This document shows, piece after piece, positions 25,595-35,343 of a DNA stretch of 64,000 nt. The notes under the pieces are model-generated. The model was not told the origin of the DNA. It searched no databases and saw only the letters and a list, made by a program, of their open reading frames with translations. Every line of letters starts with the position of its first letter. Positions within the stretch are counted from its first letter, which is position 1. This DNA is from Caldilineales bacterium (GTDB lineage: Bacteria; Chloroflexota; Anaerolineae; JAAEKA01). The stretch spans positions 691 through 64,690 of the forward strand of contig JAWKOJ010000004.1 of NCBI GenBank assembly GCA_041391245.1, read 5' to 3'. The translations under genes were made by a program, and so were the position numbers.

Positions 25595-26399
25595 GCGCTA
25601 CCGGCCCACGGTCATCCTGGTCGGACGCTCGCCGGCGCCGCCGGAGCAGGAAGCCGCGGAGACTGCCAACCTGACGACGGCGCGCGAGATCAAGGCGGCG
25701 CTGCTGCGCGGCATGGGCAGCCAGGACAAGCCGGCCGCGCTGGCCGAGGTCGAGGCGGCCTATGGGCGTTTGCTGCGCGAGCGGGAGATGCGAAGCAATC
25801 TGCGTCGTCTGCAGCGCACCGGCGCCCGGGTCGAGTATCACTCGCTGGATGTGCGTGACGAGGCGGCGTTTGCGGCGCTGATCGAGGGCATCTACACGCG
25901 CTTTGGCCGCCTTGACGGCGTGATCCACGGTGCGGGCGTGGTCGAGGACAGACTGATCAAGGACAAGACGGTCGACTCGCTGCGGCGGGTAGTGAGCACC
26001 AAGGTGGACAGCGCCTTCGTCCTCAGCCGCTCGCTGCGGCCCGAGTCGCTCAAGTTCCTGGTGTTCTTCTCGTCGGTGAGCGGGCGCTTCGGCAACCGCG
26101 GCCAGGGCGACTATGCCGCGGCCAACGAGGTGCTCAACAAGCTGGCGGTGCTGCTGGATCGCGCCTGGCCGGCGCGCGTTGTGGCCATCAACTGGGGACC
26201 ATGGGATGCGGGCATGGTATCCGACGAGCTGCGCCGCCAGTTTCAACAGCGGGGAGTCAGCCTTGTGCCCGTCGATGCGGGGTCGCAGCGGTTGATCGAG
26301 GAGCTGAACGCCGGCCAGAAGCGCGCCCCCGAGGTGCTGATCTGCGGCGAGGACAACCAAGTCATGGCGCGCGCAGCGTCCACCAGGGTTGCCGGGTGA
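25578..26399 (+). CDS. Ketoreductase catalytic part, continuation of the 19355 gene in a shifted frame
   Basis: The shifted frame reads '(GITASV)VQALAERYRPTVILVGRS', i.e. the rest of the TGGARGIT Rossmann motif. Later 'HGAGVVEDRL', 'FFSSVSGRFGNRGQGDYAAANEVLNKLA' and 'INWGPWDAGMV'. Confidence 0.85.
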   Translation: MQALAERYRPTVILVGRSPAPPEQEAAETANLTTAREIKAALLRGMGSQDKPAALAEVEAAYGRLLREREMRSNLRRLQRTGARVEYHSLDVRDEAAFAALIEGIYTRFGRLDGVIHGAGVVEDRLIKDKTVDSLRRVVSTKVDSAFVLSRSLRPESLKFLVFFSSVSGRFGNRGQGDYAAANEVLNKLAVLLDRAWPARVVAINWGPWDAGMVSDELRRQFQQRGVSLVPVDAGSQRLIEELNAGQKRAPEVLICGEDNQVMARAASTRVAG

Positions 26400-26911
26400 C
26401 TTGATTGGATCTTATGGCTGTAATGGTGACTACCGCAGCAAGGGCCGGCATACAATTACCGCAACAAATCGATGTTGCCCCGCAATGTTGAATGCAAGGA
26501 TCACACAAACATAGATCCCGGCCTATGTTAGTACCTAATGCTGGAAACCGCGCCAGAATCGTTCAACATGCATCGTTGAACATATTGAAATCCCCACAAA
26601 GTTGTGAGCCGCTCCACCCTGGCTGTGCAGAGAGAACCAATCTTGCTTGAGTTCTCTCGTGCTCCCTAACCGGCGCTATTAAAGTTATCGGCCGCACGAA
26701 TCCGCGTGATTGGTGGCAGTGGTTTTGGCTTTGTTGGGAAAACGACGCGCGGACTTGAGGCAACTTCACCGTAAGAACACAAGAAACCGCGGTATTGACA
26801 TCGCAAGATGAGTTCACCACACCGATACTGTCCTGTCAACGACACGGCAGGACGGTTGCGGTACCAAGAGACTCTTTTTCAATACCTGTGCAACCATCAG
26901 GCATCTGAGAA

Positions 26912-29900
26912 ATGACAGGAATATCAGCATTGAGCGAAAGAGCGGACCCCGCCAGCCGGGGAGTTGCCATCATCGGGATGTCATGCATGTTTCCCGGTGC
27001 GAAGGACCTGGCGACGTTCTGGCAGAACATCGTCGACAAAGTAGATGCAGTCACTGATCCTCCTCCAGAGGCGTGGGAGTCGAACATCTTCTATGATCCT
27101 TCATCGGCTGCCAACGACCGCGTTTATTGCAAGAAGGGAGGCTTTCTTGGCCCGCTGGCCGAGTTCAACCCATTGGACTACGGGATCATGCCGATTGGTC
27201 TGGACGGGGGCGAGCCGGATCAATGGCTGGCGCTCAAGCTGGCCTACGACGCGCTGGCCGATGCCCGCTACTTAGACCGCCTGAAGGAAAACTCGGACGA
27301 GCGACACCGCACAGCGGTCATTCTGGGCAAGGGAACCTATCTGAACCGGGGTAACCTCAACATGGTTCAGCACAGCCTGGTGGTTGACCAGACGCTGCAA
27401 GTTCTGCAATCCCTCCATCCTGAGTACGGCGAGGAGGACTTGCAGGCGGTGCGCGCCGAGCTGAAGCGCAAGCTGCCGCCTTTCGACGCCGGGACTGCCC
27501 CCGGACTCGTGCCGAACATTGCCGCCGGCCGCATCGCCAACCGGCTCGACCTGATGGGACCCTCGTACACGGTGGACGCGGCCTGCGCCTCGTCGCTGAT
27601 AGCGGTCGAGATCGCGCTGCGCGACCTGGAGAGTGGGCGCTGCGATCTGGCGCTGGTTGGCGGCGCCCAGGTAACGACGCCGATTCCGATCCTGACGCTG
27701 TTCTCACAATTGGGCGCGCTCTCGCGCCAGGAGCAGATCCGGCCGTTCGATGCGGCTGCCGACGGTACCATCCTCTCAGAAGGGATCGGCATGCTGGTGC
27801 TCAAGCGGGAGGAAGATGCCATACGCGACGGCGACCGCATCTATGCGGTCATCAAGGGCGCCGGCTCCTCCAGCGATGGCCGCGCGATGAGCGTACTCAC
27901 GCCGCGGTTGGAGGGCGAGGTGTTGGCGCTGCGGCTGGCCTACGAGAACGCGGGTATCGACCCGGCAACCGTCGGCCTGATCGAAGCTCACGGAACGGGG
28001 ACGCTGGTCGGCGACGCGACCGAGATCGAGGCGTTGCGCATGGTCTTTGGCGAGCGCGAGGGAGCGGTTGCCCGCACAGCGCTGGGCACTGTCAAGTCGA
28101 TGATCGGCCATACCATGCCCGCCGCCGGCGTCGCGGGCATCATCAAGGCGGCGCTGGCGCTGCACAACAAGGTGCTGCCGCCGACCATCCACTGCGAGAC
28201 GCCGAATCCGAAGCTGGGGCTGGAAGACTCGAACTTCTATCTGAACTCGGAGTCCCGCCCGTGGATCCGCAACCGCGAGACACCGCGCCGCGCCGGAGTG
28301 AACGCGTTTGGCTTTGGCGGCGTCAACGCCCACGTCGTGCTGGAGGAGGCGCAACCGCTGACCGGTGCAGACTCCACCAGCCATCTGAACGCATGGGACA
28401 GCGAGGTCGTCGTCGTGGCCGCGGCAGACCGGGACGGGCTGCTCGAAGCGGCCGCCGATCTGGTTGCCTTTCTGAACAGCGTTCCAGACCTGGAAAGCCC
28501 TGGCTTTAGCCTGCTGGACCTTGCCTGGACCGTGAACCGGGGTGCGGGCGAACAACCCGTCCGGCTGGCGGTGGTGGCAACCTCGGTCAGCGACCTGCGC
28601 GACAAGCTGGCGCGGGCCGTCGAACGGCTGCAGAAGCCCGATACCCGCCGCATCAAGGATGTGCGCGGCATCTACTTCTTCGAGGAGCCGTTCTATCCGC
28701 AGGGCAAGCTGGCTTTCCTTTTCCCCGGCGAGGGATCACAGTATCCCAACATGCTGGCCGACCTGGCGATACATTTCCCGGAGGTCAGAACCGCCTTTGA
28801 CCGCATCGACCGCATCTTTGCCGGCCATCCGCGGGGCTACGTGCCCAGCGATTTCATCTTCCCGGCGCCCGGGCTGCCCGAGGATTCTGTGGTTGCCCGG
28901 CAGCTTTGGGAGATCGACGGCGCGGTGGAGGCAGTGCTGACCGGCAACGCCGCGATGCACGCGCTGCTGCTAAAGCTGGGCGTGCAGCCTGACGCGATGG
29001 TCGGTCACAGCACGGGAGAGTACTCGGCTCTGCTGGCGTCCGGCATGATCGCGGTCGGCGAGGACGAGTTTGTGGGCCGCTATCTGCTTAACCTCAACCA
29101 GATGTACGAGGAGGTGACGCAGGACAACAACGTGCCGCGGGCGTTTATGCTGGCGGTGGGCGCGGGACTGGACACGGTTGCCCCACTGGTCGAGCAGGCC
29201 GGCGACCGCGTGTTCGTGGGCATGGACAACTGCCCGCACCAGTCGGTGGTGGTGGGCGACGAAGCGGCGCGCGATGGCCTGACCGCGGCCATGAACGCCG
29301 AAGGGTTGATCTACGAGAGCCTGCGTTTCGACCGCGCCTACCACACACCCCTGTTTCAGCCTTACAGCAGTCTTTTCGAGGATTTCTACACGCAGCTTCC
29401 GTTGGCCGCGCCGGGTGTCACCACCTATTCCTGCGTGACGGCCGCGCCCTTTGGCGATAGCCCGGACGATATTCGGACGCTGGCCGTGGCAAACTGGGTC
29501 AACCGGGTGCGTTTCCGCGAGACGGTTCAGGCGATGTACGACGACGGTGTGCGCATCTTTGTCGAGGTCGGCGCGCGCGGCAATCTGACAGCGTTCGTTG
29601 GTGATGTCCTGAGAGGCCAGCCCCATCTGGCCGTGCCTGCCAACATTCAGCAGCGCTCGGGCATTACCCAACTCAACCATCTGGCTGCGCTGCTGTGCGC
29701 CCAGGGTGTGCCGGTGGATCTGGAGTTCCTCTACGCACGCCGGCGCCCGCAAGCCGTGAACCTGTCAGGTGCGCCGAAAGGGCAACGAAAAGGTACGCTG
29801 AAGCTGGCCTCAGGCTGGGCCGGCATGGAGGTTTCTCCAGATGCAGCAAAGCAGATTCGCGGCCGGCTGGCCGGCAATCCCGCCATCGGTCAGCACAGCC

Positions 29901-32419
29901 CAGCGCCGCGCGCTGCGGCGCCAGCTACTTCGCCGCGACAGCAACACAAGGAAGAGAATGCAGCTGAAATGACTCACACTTCACAAGCCAATGGAAACCA
30001 GGGTGGTCTACGCCCACAAGCGCCGCCGGATACAGCCGCCCCGTTGCTCACCCAGGCAGCGGTGGATGGCCGCACGTTGGTCATGCAGAGCCATCTGCAA
30101 CTGATGGACCAGTTCTTGCGTACCCAGGAGACGTTGGTGCAGCAGTTCCTTTCGGGTTCTCCCGCGCCGGCGAGCACTGCCTATCGGCCCAACCTGATGC
30201 CTGCTTCGCCGTCACCGGTGGTGGCGCCTGCAGCGCCACCCGTTCAGCCGGCGCCGCCGCAGCCCCTGGCCGTTCCGGCCTCGGTGCAAGAGCCGGCGGT
30301 TCCGTCCTGGACCATGCCGCCGGCAGAGGCATCACAGCCGCCGGATCTGAAGGATCTGCTGCTGAACCTGGTGAGCGACAAGACGGGCTATCCGGTGGAG
30401 GTGCTGTCGCTGAACGCCAACCTGGAGGCCGACCTCGGCATCGACTCGATCAAGCGGGTCGAGATATTGGGCGCGTTCAACCAGGAGACGGGTCTCGTGG
30501 AAGGCGACACCATGGAACAGGTCTCAGCACTGAAGACGTTGGGGGCGATTCTTGATTTTTTTCGCTTGACGGCCACCCCGCAGACCAAACCGCCCGCGGG
30601 TTGGCCGTCCTCTCCCCTGCCGGCTCCCTCGCCTGACCTGCCGAGACGCATGCCATTCATGCGAGACACGCGCGCGTTCGTGCCGGGCCAGGAGTTGGAC
30701 GCTCTGTGCCCGCTGGACGTCAACGAAGATCTGTTCATGCGCGACCACACGCTGGGCCGCGACATATCCCGTCTGGACGCCGATCTGCTGGCGTTGCCCA
30801 TCGTGCCGCTAACCGTCACCATGGAGATCATGGCGGAGGCAGCGGCTGTGCTGGCGCCGGAAATGGTGCTGACAGGGATGCGCAACTTGCGCGCCTACCG
30901 CTGGATCATCCTGGAAGAAGGCCGAGGCACGTTGCAGGTGACCGCCAGGCGGCGGGCAAGCGAGCACGGCGCCGAGTTCGACGTCGTGGTGCGCGCCCTG
31001 CCGGGAGGCGATGCGGCGGAGCCTTCTGGCCTGCTGCCGGCCGTGGCTGAAGGGATTATGGTGTTCGCACCTGGCTATCCTGAGCCACCGGCCGTGCCGC
31101 CGCTGGTGTTGCAGGACGAGCGGCCCAGCCGGTGGCAGCCTGAGCTGCTCTATCGCGATGGGATGTTCCATGGGCCGGCGTTTCGCGCCGTCACGTCGAT
31201 CGAGCGGGTGGGCAGCAACGGTCTGACGGCGACGATGGAAGCGCTGCCAACCGACAAGTTCCTGCGCTCGAACGCCAGTCCTGACTTCATCGCCGAACCG
31301 ATCGTTCTCGACGCTGCCGGCCAGTTGGTAGGATTCTGGACGCTGGAGACGCTGGAGCAGGGCTTTGTGGTCTTTCCGTATCACCTGGACGCGCTGCACT
31401 TCTACGGGCCGCCGCTGCCAGCGGGCGAGCGGGTGACCTGCCAGGTCGGCACGACGCTGCTGGAAAACCTGCAGATGACCTCCGACATCGACATCCTGGA
31501 CGAGGCAGGTCGGTTGCGCATGCGGCTGGAGGCGTGGGACGACAAAAGGTTCGACATTCCGCGCCCGTTCTATCGCTTCATCCTCAGCCGCGGCGAGGCG
31601 CAGCTCAGCGAGCCGTGGACTGCGCCCCTGGCAGGCTATCCGGCAGGAGACGCATACCGCGCCCGCAAGATCAGCGGATTCCCCGCTGGCTTTTTCCAGG
31701 CCCACTACGGGCTGTGGGAGAAGACTCTGGCGCACCTGGTGCTGACGCGGTCTGAGCGGCAGGTTTGGCGCGGCATGACCGGCGCCGACCGGCGGCGCAC
31801 CGACTGGCTGCTGGGGCGCGTGGCAGCCAAGGAGGCGCTTGCCGTTTATCTGCACGATGTGTATAATCTGCCACTCAAGCCAGCGGACATCGAGATCTCT
31901 ACCGACGAACGCGGGAGCCCGTATGTGACGGGCGATTGGCTGCCAGCAACAGATCAGCCAATCGCGGTCACTATTGCCCACGCGGGCGGGGTCGCCGTGG
32001 CCGTGGCCGGGCAGGTGCGCAACGACGGCCGGATGCCGGGAATCGGCGTCGATCTGGAGCCGGTGCAGCGGCAGGACGCCTCCTTCGCCGACGTGGCGTT
32101 CACCAGGCAGGAACAGTTGCTGCTTGCTGACCTGGGCGATCCCCAGGTGGACAAATGGCCGTTGCGAGTATGGTGCGCCAAAGAAGCAGTCGGCAAGGCG
32201 TTGGGCTATGGGTTGGCGGCCGGCCCGCACAGCGTCACTGTTGAACGGGTCGACACGGACAGCGGTTTTGTCACCATGAACCTGGCGGGAACGCTGGTCG
32301 ATCTGTTCCCCAACCTGTCAGGCGAGAAGATCGCTGCCTATACCGCGCGTGAGAACGGCTATGTGCTCGCCAGTGTTCTCGGTCGCGAAGCGCAGCAACC
32401 AGCGCACGGTGACTCGTAA
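26912..32419 (+). CDS. PKS subunit KS-AT-ACP-DH-PPTase (PUFA-synthase / enediyne-PKSE-like layout, no KR)
   Basis: - KS: 'VDAACASSL' (Cys 27584..27586), 'HGTGTLVGD', 'KSMIGHTMPAAG'.
- AT: 'FLFPGEGSQYPNM', 'GHSTGE' (Ser 29009..29011), 'RAYH' (29333..29344).
- Long Pro/Ala/Gln linker.
- ACP: 'LEADLGIDSIKRVEILGAF' (Ser 30446..30448).
- DH: 'FMRDHTLGR...LPIVP' (His 30746..30748) and 'LDAAGQL'.
- C-terminal Sfp-type PPTase. Confidence 0.88.
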   Translation: MTGISALSERADPASRGVAIIGMSCMFPGAKDLATFWQNIVDKVDAVTDPPPEAWESNIFYDPSSAANDRVYCKKGGFLGPLAEFNPLDYGIMPIGLDGGEPDQWLALKLAYDALADARYLDRLKENSDERHRTAVILGKGTYLNRGNLNMVQHSLVVDQTLQVLQSLHPEYGEEDLQAVRAELKRKLPPFDAGTAPGLVPNIAAGRIANRLDLMGPSYTVDAACASSLIAVEIALRDLESGRCDLALVGGAQVTTPIPILTLFSQLGALSRQEQIRPFDAAADGTILSEGIGMLVLKREEDAIRDGDRIYAVIKGAGSSSDGRAMSVLTPRLEGEVLALRLAYENAGIDPATVGLIEAHGTGTLVGDATEIEALRMVFGEREGAVARTALGTVKSMIGHTMPAAGVAGIIKAALALHNKVLPPTIHCETPNPKLGLEDSNFYLNSESRPWIRNRETPRRAGVNAFGFGGVNAHVVLEEAQPLTGADSTSHLNAWDSEVVVVAAADRDGLLEAAADLVAFLNSVPDLESPGFSLLDLAWTVNRGAGEQPVRLAVVATSVSDLRDKLARAVERLQKPDTRRIKDVRGIYFFEEPFYPQGKLAFLFPGEGSQYPNMLADLAIHFPEVRTAFDRIDRIFAGHPRGYVPSDFIFPAPGLPEDSVVARQLWEIDGAVEAVLTGNAAMHALLLKLGVQPDAMVGHSTGEYSALLASGMIAVGEDEFVGRYLLNLNQMYEEVTQDNNVPRAFMLAVGAGLDTVAPLVEQAGDRVFVGMDNCPHQSVVVGDEAARDGLTAAMNAEGLIYESLRFDRAYHTPLFQPYSSLFEDFYTQLPLAAPGVTTYSCVTAAPFGDSPDDIRTLAVANWVNRVRFRETVQAMYDDGVRIFVEVGARGNLTAFVGDVLRGQPHLAVPANIQQRSGITQLNHLAALLCAQGVPVDLEFLYARRRPQAVNLSGAPKGQRKGTLKLASGWAGMEVSPDAAKQIRGRLAGNPAIGQHSPAPRAAAPATSPRQQHKEENAAEMTHTSQANGNQGGLRPQAPPDTAAPLLTQAAVDGRTLVMQSHLQLMDQFLRTQETLVQQFLSGSPAPASTAYRPNLMPASPSPVVAPAAPPVQPAPPQPLAVPASVQEPAVPSWTMPPAEASQPPDLKDLLLNLVSDKTGYPVEVLSLNANLEADLGIDSIKRVEILGAFNQETGLVEGDTMEQVSALKTLGAILDFFRLTATPQTKPPAGWPSSPLPAPSPDLPRRMPFMRDTRAFVPGQELDALCPLDVNEDLFMRDHTLGRDISRLDADLLALPIVPLTVTMEIMAEAAAVLAPEMVLTGMRNLRAYRWIILEEGRGTLQVTARRRASEHGAEFDVVVRALPGGDAAEPSGLLPAVAEGIMVFAPGYPEPPAVPPLVLQDERPSRWQPELLYRDGMFHGPAFRAVTSIERVGSNGLTATMEALPTDKFLRSNASPDFIAEPIVLDAAGQLVGFWTLETLEQGFVVFPYHLDALHFYGPPLPAGERVTCQVGTTLLENLQMTSDIDILDEAGRLRMRLEAWDDKRFDIPRPFYRFILSRGEAQLSEPWTAPLAGYPAGDAYRARKISGFPAGFFQAHYGLWEKTLAHLVLTRSERQVWRGMTGADRRRTDWLLGRVAAKEALAVYLHDVYNLPLKPADIEISTDERGSPYVTGDWLPATDQPIAVTIAHAGGVAVAVAGQVRNDGRMPGIGVDLEPVQRQDASFADVAFTRQEQLLLADLGDPQVDKWPLRVWCAKEAVGKALGYGLAAGPHSVTVERVDTDSGFVTMNLAGTLVDLFPNLSGEKIAAYTARENGYVLASVLGREAQQPAHGDS
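31742..32416 (+). other. Fused Sfp-type 4'-phosphopantetheinyl transferase domain
   Basis: 'GRVAAKEALAVYL', 'GIGVDLEPV' and 'WCAKEAVGKALG', the classical PPTase motifs, at the C-terminus of the 26912 gene. Confidence 0.8.
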
Positions 32420-32541
32420 GCAGAGAATTGGAAGCGGTCAGATGGTGTGCGGCATTGCCAGGCGCGATGAGCCGGTCACAGGCCGTCAATGCCCAACCAC
32501 CTCTCTGTCCACAAGAAGGCAAACAGCAAACACTCAAACCT

Positions 32542-32847
32542 ATGCAACCTATTACACGAACCGAAGTTTGGGACGCAACATTGCGTCTGTTGGAGCAACT
32601 GTCCGAAGATTGGGACTATGACGACGAGATAACCGGCGAAACCTGGCTGTTCTCCGAGCTGGGTTTCCAGTCGCTGGATGCCGTTGTGCTGGGCAACACG
32701 TTGCAGGAGCGATTCGGCCGCCCGATCCCCTTCGCCGACCTCCTGGTAGACATCGGGCAACGGCCGGTCAACGACGTGACGGTCGACGAGTGGGTCGATT
32801 TCACTACCAAAAGCCTGCAATCCTACGACCTTGAAAAGGCATCATGA
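32542..32847 (+). CDS. Discrete acyl carrier protein
   Basis: ~101 aa from the ATG at 32542 ('MQPITRTEVWDATLRLLEQL'). Attachment motif 'ELGFQSLDAVVLGNTL' (Ser codon 32671..32673). The stop overlaps the next gene's ATG (ATGA). Confidence 0.75.
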   Translation: MQPITRTEVWDATLRLLEQLSEDWDYDDEITGETWLFSELGFQSLDAVVLGNTLQERFGRPIPFADLLVDIGQRPVNDVTVDEWVDFTTKSLQSYDLEKAS

Positions 32848-34454
32848 GCAAGAAGACGGTGTTAGTTGGGTTGGACGGCGCCACCTTCACACTCCTTGAT
32901 CCCTTCATGGAGCAAGGCGTGATGCCGTTCCTGAAGTCGTTTGTCGAGCGCGGGGTGCGGGCCGAGCTGCGCAGCGTTGTGCCGCCGCTCACTCCGCCTG
33001 CCTGGACAACGGTGCTTACCGGCCGTTCTCCCGGCCACCATGGAATCTTCGATTTCTTCCAGGCTGATGGGCCTGGCAGCAAGGCTATCAGGCTGGCAAC
33101 CTCGGGCGACATCCAGGTCGATCACGTCGCTGAGATGGTCAACCGGGGCGGAAAGCGGGCTACGGTTGTCAACTTCCCGGTTCACTTTCCGCCGCCTGCT
33201 ATCGACGGCGTGGTCATCGCCGGCTGGATGCCGTGGCGGCAACTGCGGCTTGGCTGCCATCCGCCCGATCTCTACGACCGGCTCAAGCAACTGCCGAACT
33301 TCAGCCCGCGCGAGCTGGCCATGGATATGGCACTGGAAGCCAGGGCGACCGAAGGGTGCGATGAGGCAGAGTACGTGGAGTGGGTCGGGCTGCACACGCG
33401 CCGCGAGGAGCGCTGGTTGGACGTGCTTGGCTATCTGCTCGATGACGAACCCAGCGACCTGACTGCTGTGCTGCTGGACGGCCCGGACAAGGTGCAGCAT
33501 CTCTGCTGGCGGTTTCTCGATCCGGCGCTGTGGCCGGCCGAGCCGACCGCCGAAGAGGTTCGCATTCGCGAGGCAAGCATCGGCTACTACCGGCGGCTGG
33601 ACAACATCCTGGCCGCGCTGGTTGACAAGGCCGGGCCCGATGCCACGGTGGTCATGGTTTCGGATCACGGCTTCGGCGCCTCCACTGAAGTCTTCCACGT
33701 CAACAGTTGGCTGGAACGGGCCGGCTATCTGGCGTGGTCGCAGGACGTGGCAGCGCAACTGGGCGAGGGCGACACGCTGGGCATGGGACACCTCTCGCGG
33801 CACAGCCGCTGGCTGGACTGGGAACGGACCACAGCCTACGTCTCCACGCCGACCAGCAACGGCATCCACATCGTGCGCGCCGAACAACATGGCGGGCGCG
33901 GCGTGGCGGCAGCGGACTACGATCGCTTCCGCGCCGAACTGGTGGACGCGCTGCTGGGCTATGTGGACGAGCGCGACGGCAAACCGGTGGTGACAGCCGT
34001 GGCAACGCGGGAGGAGGCATTCGACGGCGCCGCAGGGGCGCTGGCTCCCGACCTCACGCTGACGCTGCGCGATGGCGGATTGGTGTCGATCCTGCCCTCC
34101 AGCGAGATCGTGGCGCCCCGGCCACAGCCGGTCGGCACGCACCGGCCGCTGGGCGTGTTCCTGGCTGCCGGCCCCGGCATCCGCCAGGGAGCATCCATCG
34201 AGGAGCTGTCGCTGGTGGACGTGACGCCGATCCTCCTGTACAGCCTGGGTATCGCCTTGCCCGATGATCTGGAGGGACACGTGCCTGTCGACATGGTTAC
34301 GCCGGAGCAACTGGCCAGCCATCCGGTCGAGGTGGATGGGCGGCAGCCGGCCAGCCGTGAGGATCGGAGCAGCGCAAGCCAACAGATCCTGTATGACGAC
34401 GAAGCAGAGGCGATTTTGTTAGCACGATTACGAGAGTTGGGCTATGTCGAATAG
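32844..34454 (+). CDS. Alkaline-phosphatase-superfamily enzyme (type I phosphodiesterase/nucleotide pyrophosphatase-like)
   Basis: 536 aa. N-terminus 'VLVGLDGATFTLLDPFM', nucleophile region 'PPLTPPAWTTVLTGRSPGHHGI', later 'VVMVSDHGFG'. Pattern of the PF01663/COG3379 type. Confidence 0.7.
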   Translation: MSKKTVLVGLDGATFTLLDPFMEQGVMPFLKSFVERGVRAELRSVVPPLTPPAWTTVLTGRSPGHHGIFDFFQADGPGSKAIRLATSGDIQVDHVAEMVNRGGKRATVVNFPVHFPPPAIDGVVIAGWMPWRQLRLGCHPPDLYDRLKQLPNFSPRELAMDMALEARATEGCDEAEYVEWVGLHTRREERWLDVLGYLLDDEPSDLTAVLLDGPDKVQHLCWRFLDPALWPAEPTAEEVRIREASIGYYRRLDNILAALVDKAGPDATVVMVSDHGFGASTEVFHVNSWLERAGYLAWSQDVAAQLGEGDTLGMGHLSRHSRWLDWERTTAYVSTPTSNGIHIVRAEQHGGRGVAAADYDRFRAELVDALLGYVDERDGKPVVTAVATREEAFDGAAGALAPDLTLTLRDGGLVSILPSSEIVAPRPQPVGTHRPLGVFLAAGPGIRQGASIEELSLVDVTPILLYSLGIALPDDLEGHVPVDMVTPEQLASHPVEVDGRQPASREDRSSASQQILYDDEAEAILLARLRELGYVE

Positions 34455-34476
34455 CCGGACAAGGAGCGAGTAGCCA

Positions 34477-35343
34477 GTGGGAAATGTCGAAGTCAATGGA
34501 GTCAACCTGCATTACTGGACGGTTGGCGAGGGGCCGGATATCGTCATGTTGCATGGTCTGGGCGGCAATCTTGCCATCTGGCACATGCGCGTGGTGCCGT
34601 TGCTGCGGGATCGATACAGATTAACCAGTTTTGACATGCGCGGCCATGGACGCAGCGGGATGCCGGCCACCGGCTATACGACCCGCGATATTGCCGAGGA
34701 TCTTCTCCAACTGATGGATGCGTTGGGCATCGAGAAGGCGCATCTGGCCGGCCACAGCATGGGCGCCGATGTGTCGCTGCACTTCGCCATGTGCTATCCG
34801 GAACGGGCTGACCGGCTGGTGCTGGTCGAAGCCGGCCTGCCGGCGCTGGTAGCGGCGCGCAAGGACGCTACGTGGATCGGGTGGGACTATTGGGCTGAGA
34901 TGATCGAGAAATACACCGGGGAGCCGGTGCCGCCGGAAAGCCGCACCGACTACCGCTACCTGCTGCACCAGAGCCTCAAGGTGCCGATCATGTTCGGCCC
35001 GTCGGCAGGCAAGTCGCGCCGCCGGCAGGACAAGTTCAAAGCGCTGCTGGACGATACGACCTTGATCGAGGATTACGAGGTGGTCGGCGAGTTAACGCTG
35101 GAGAACATCGCCACCGTGCCGCATCCCAAGCTGCTGATGTACGAGCAGGGGTCGCCCTACATGGGCACCTTCTACGAGATCTGCGAGGTCGCGACCAACT
35201 ACGAAACGGTCGTCCTGCCACCCACCAGGCTGCGCCACTTCTTCCCGCTGGAGAAGCCAGAGATTCTGGCAGCCCACATCGAGGAGTTCTGCAGACCGGA
35301 CCACGAGATCGTGAATGGTCGTCAACTCGACCCCATCCTATGA
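34477..35343 (+). CDS. Alpha/beta-fold hydrolase
   Basis: 288 aa, GTG start. Contains 'IVMLHGLGGN' and nucleophile elbow 'LAGHSMGADV'. 4-bp overlap with the next gene. Confidence 0.8.
   Translation: MGNVEVNGVNLHYWTVGEGPDIVMLHGLGGNLAIWHMRVVPLLRDRYRLTSFDMRGHGRSGMPATGYTTRDIAEDLLQLMDALGIEKAHLAGHSMGADVSLHFAMCYPERADRLVLVEAGLPALVAARKDATWIGWDYWAEMIEKYTGEPVPPESRTDYRYLLHQSLKVPIMFGPSAGKSRRRQDKFKALLDDTTLIEDYEVVGELTLENIATVPHPKLLMYEQGSPYMGTFYEICEVATNYETVVLPPTRLRHFFPLEKPEILAAHIEEFCRPDHEIVNGRQLDPIL

Noticed and set aside
26912-32419. Calling the KS-AT-ACP-DH-PPTase gene an enediyne PKSE, and the locus an enediyne cluster.
   Set aside because: The protein lacks the internal KR of PKSE. I see none of the conserved enediyne cassette partners (the TEBC-type thioesterase, or UNBL/UNBV/UNBU-like genes). 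The two unknown paralogues show no FG-GAP/UnbV-like motifs. Only an evolutionary resemblance is claimed.
19355-32419. Calling the system a canonical PUFA (Pfa) synthase.
   Set aside because: There is no chain-length-factor-type KS partner (both KS domains keep the active Cys). There is no tandem ACP array and no FabA-type DH pair. The ER is fused rather than free.
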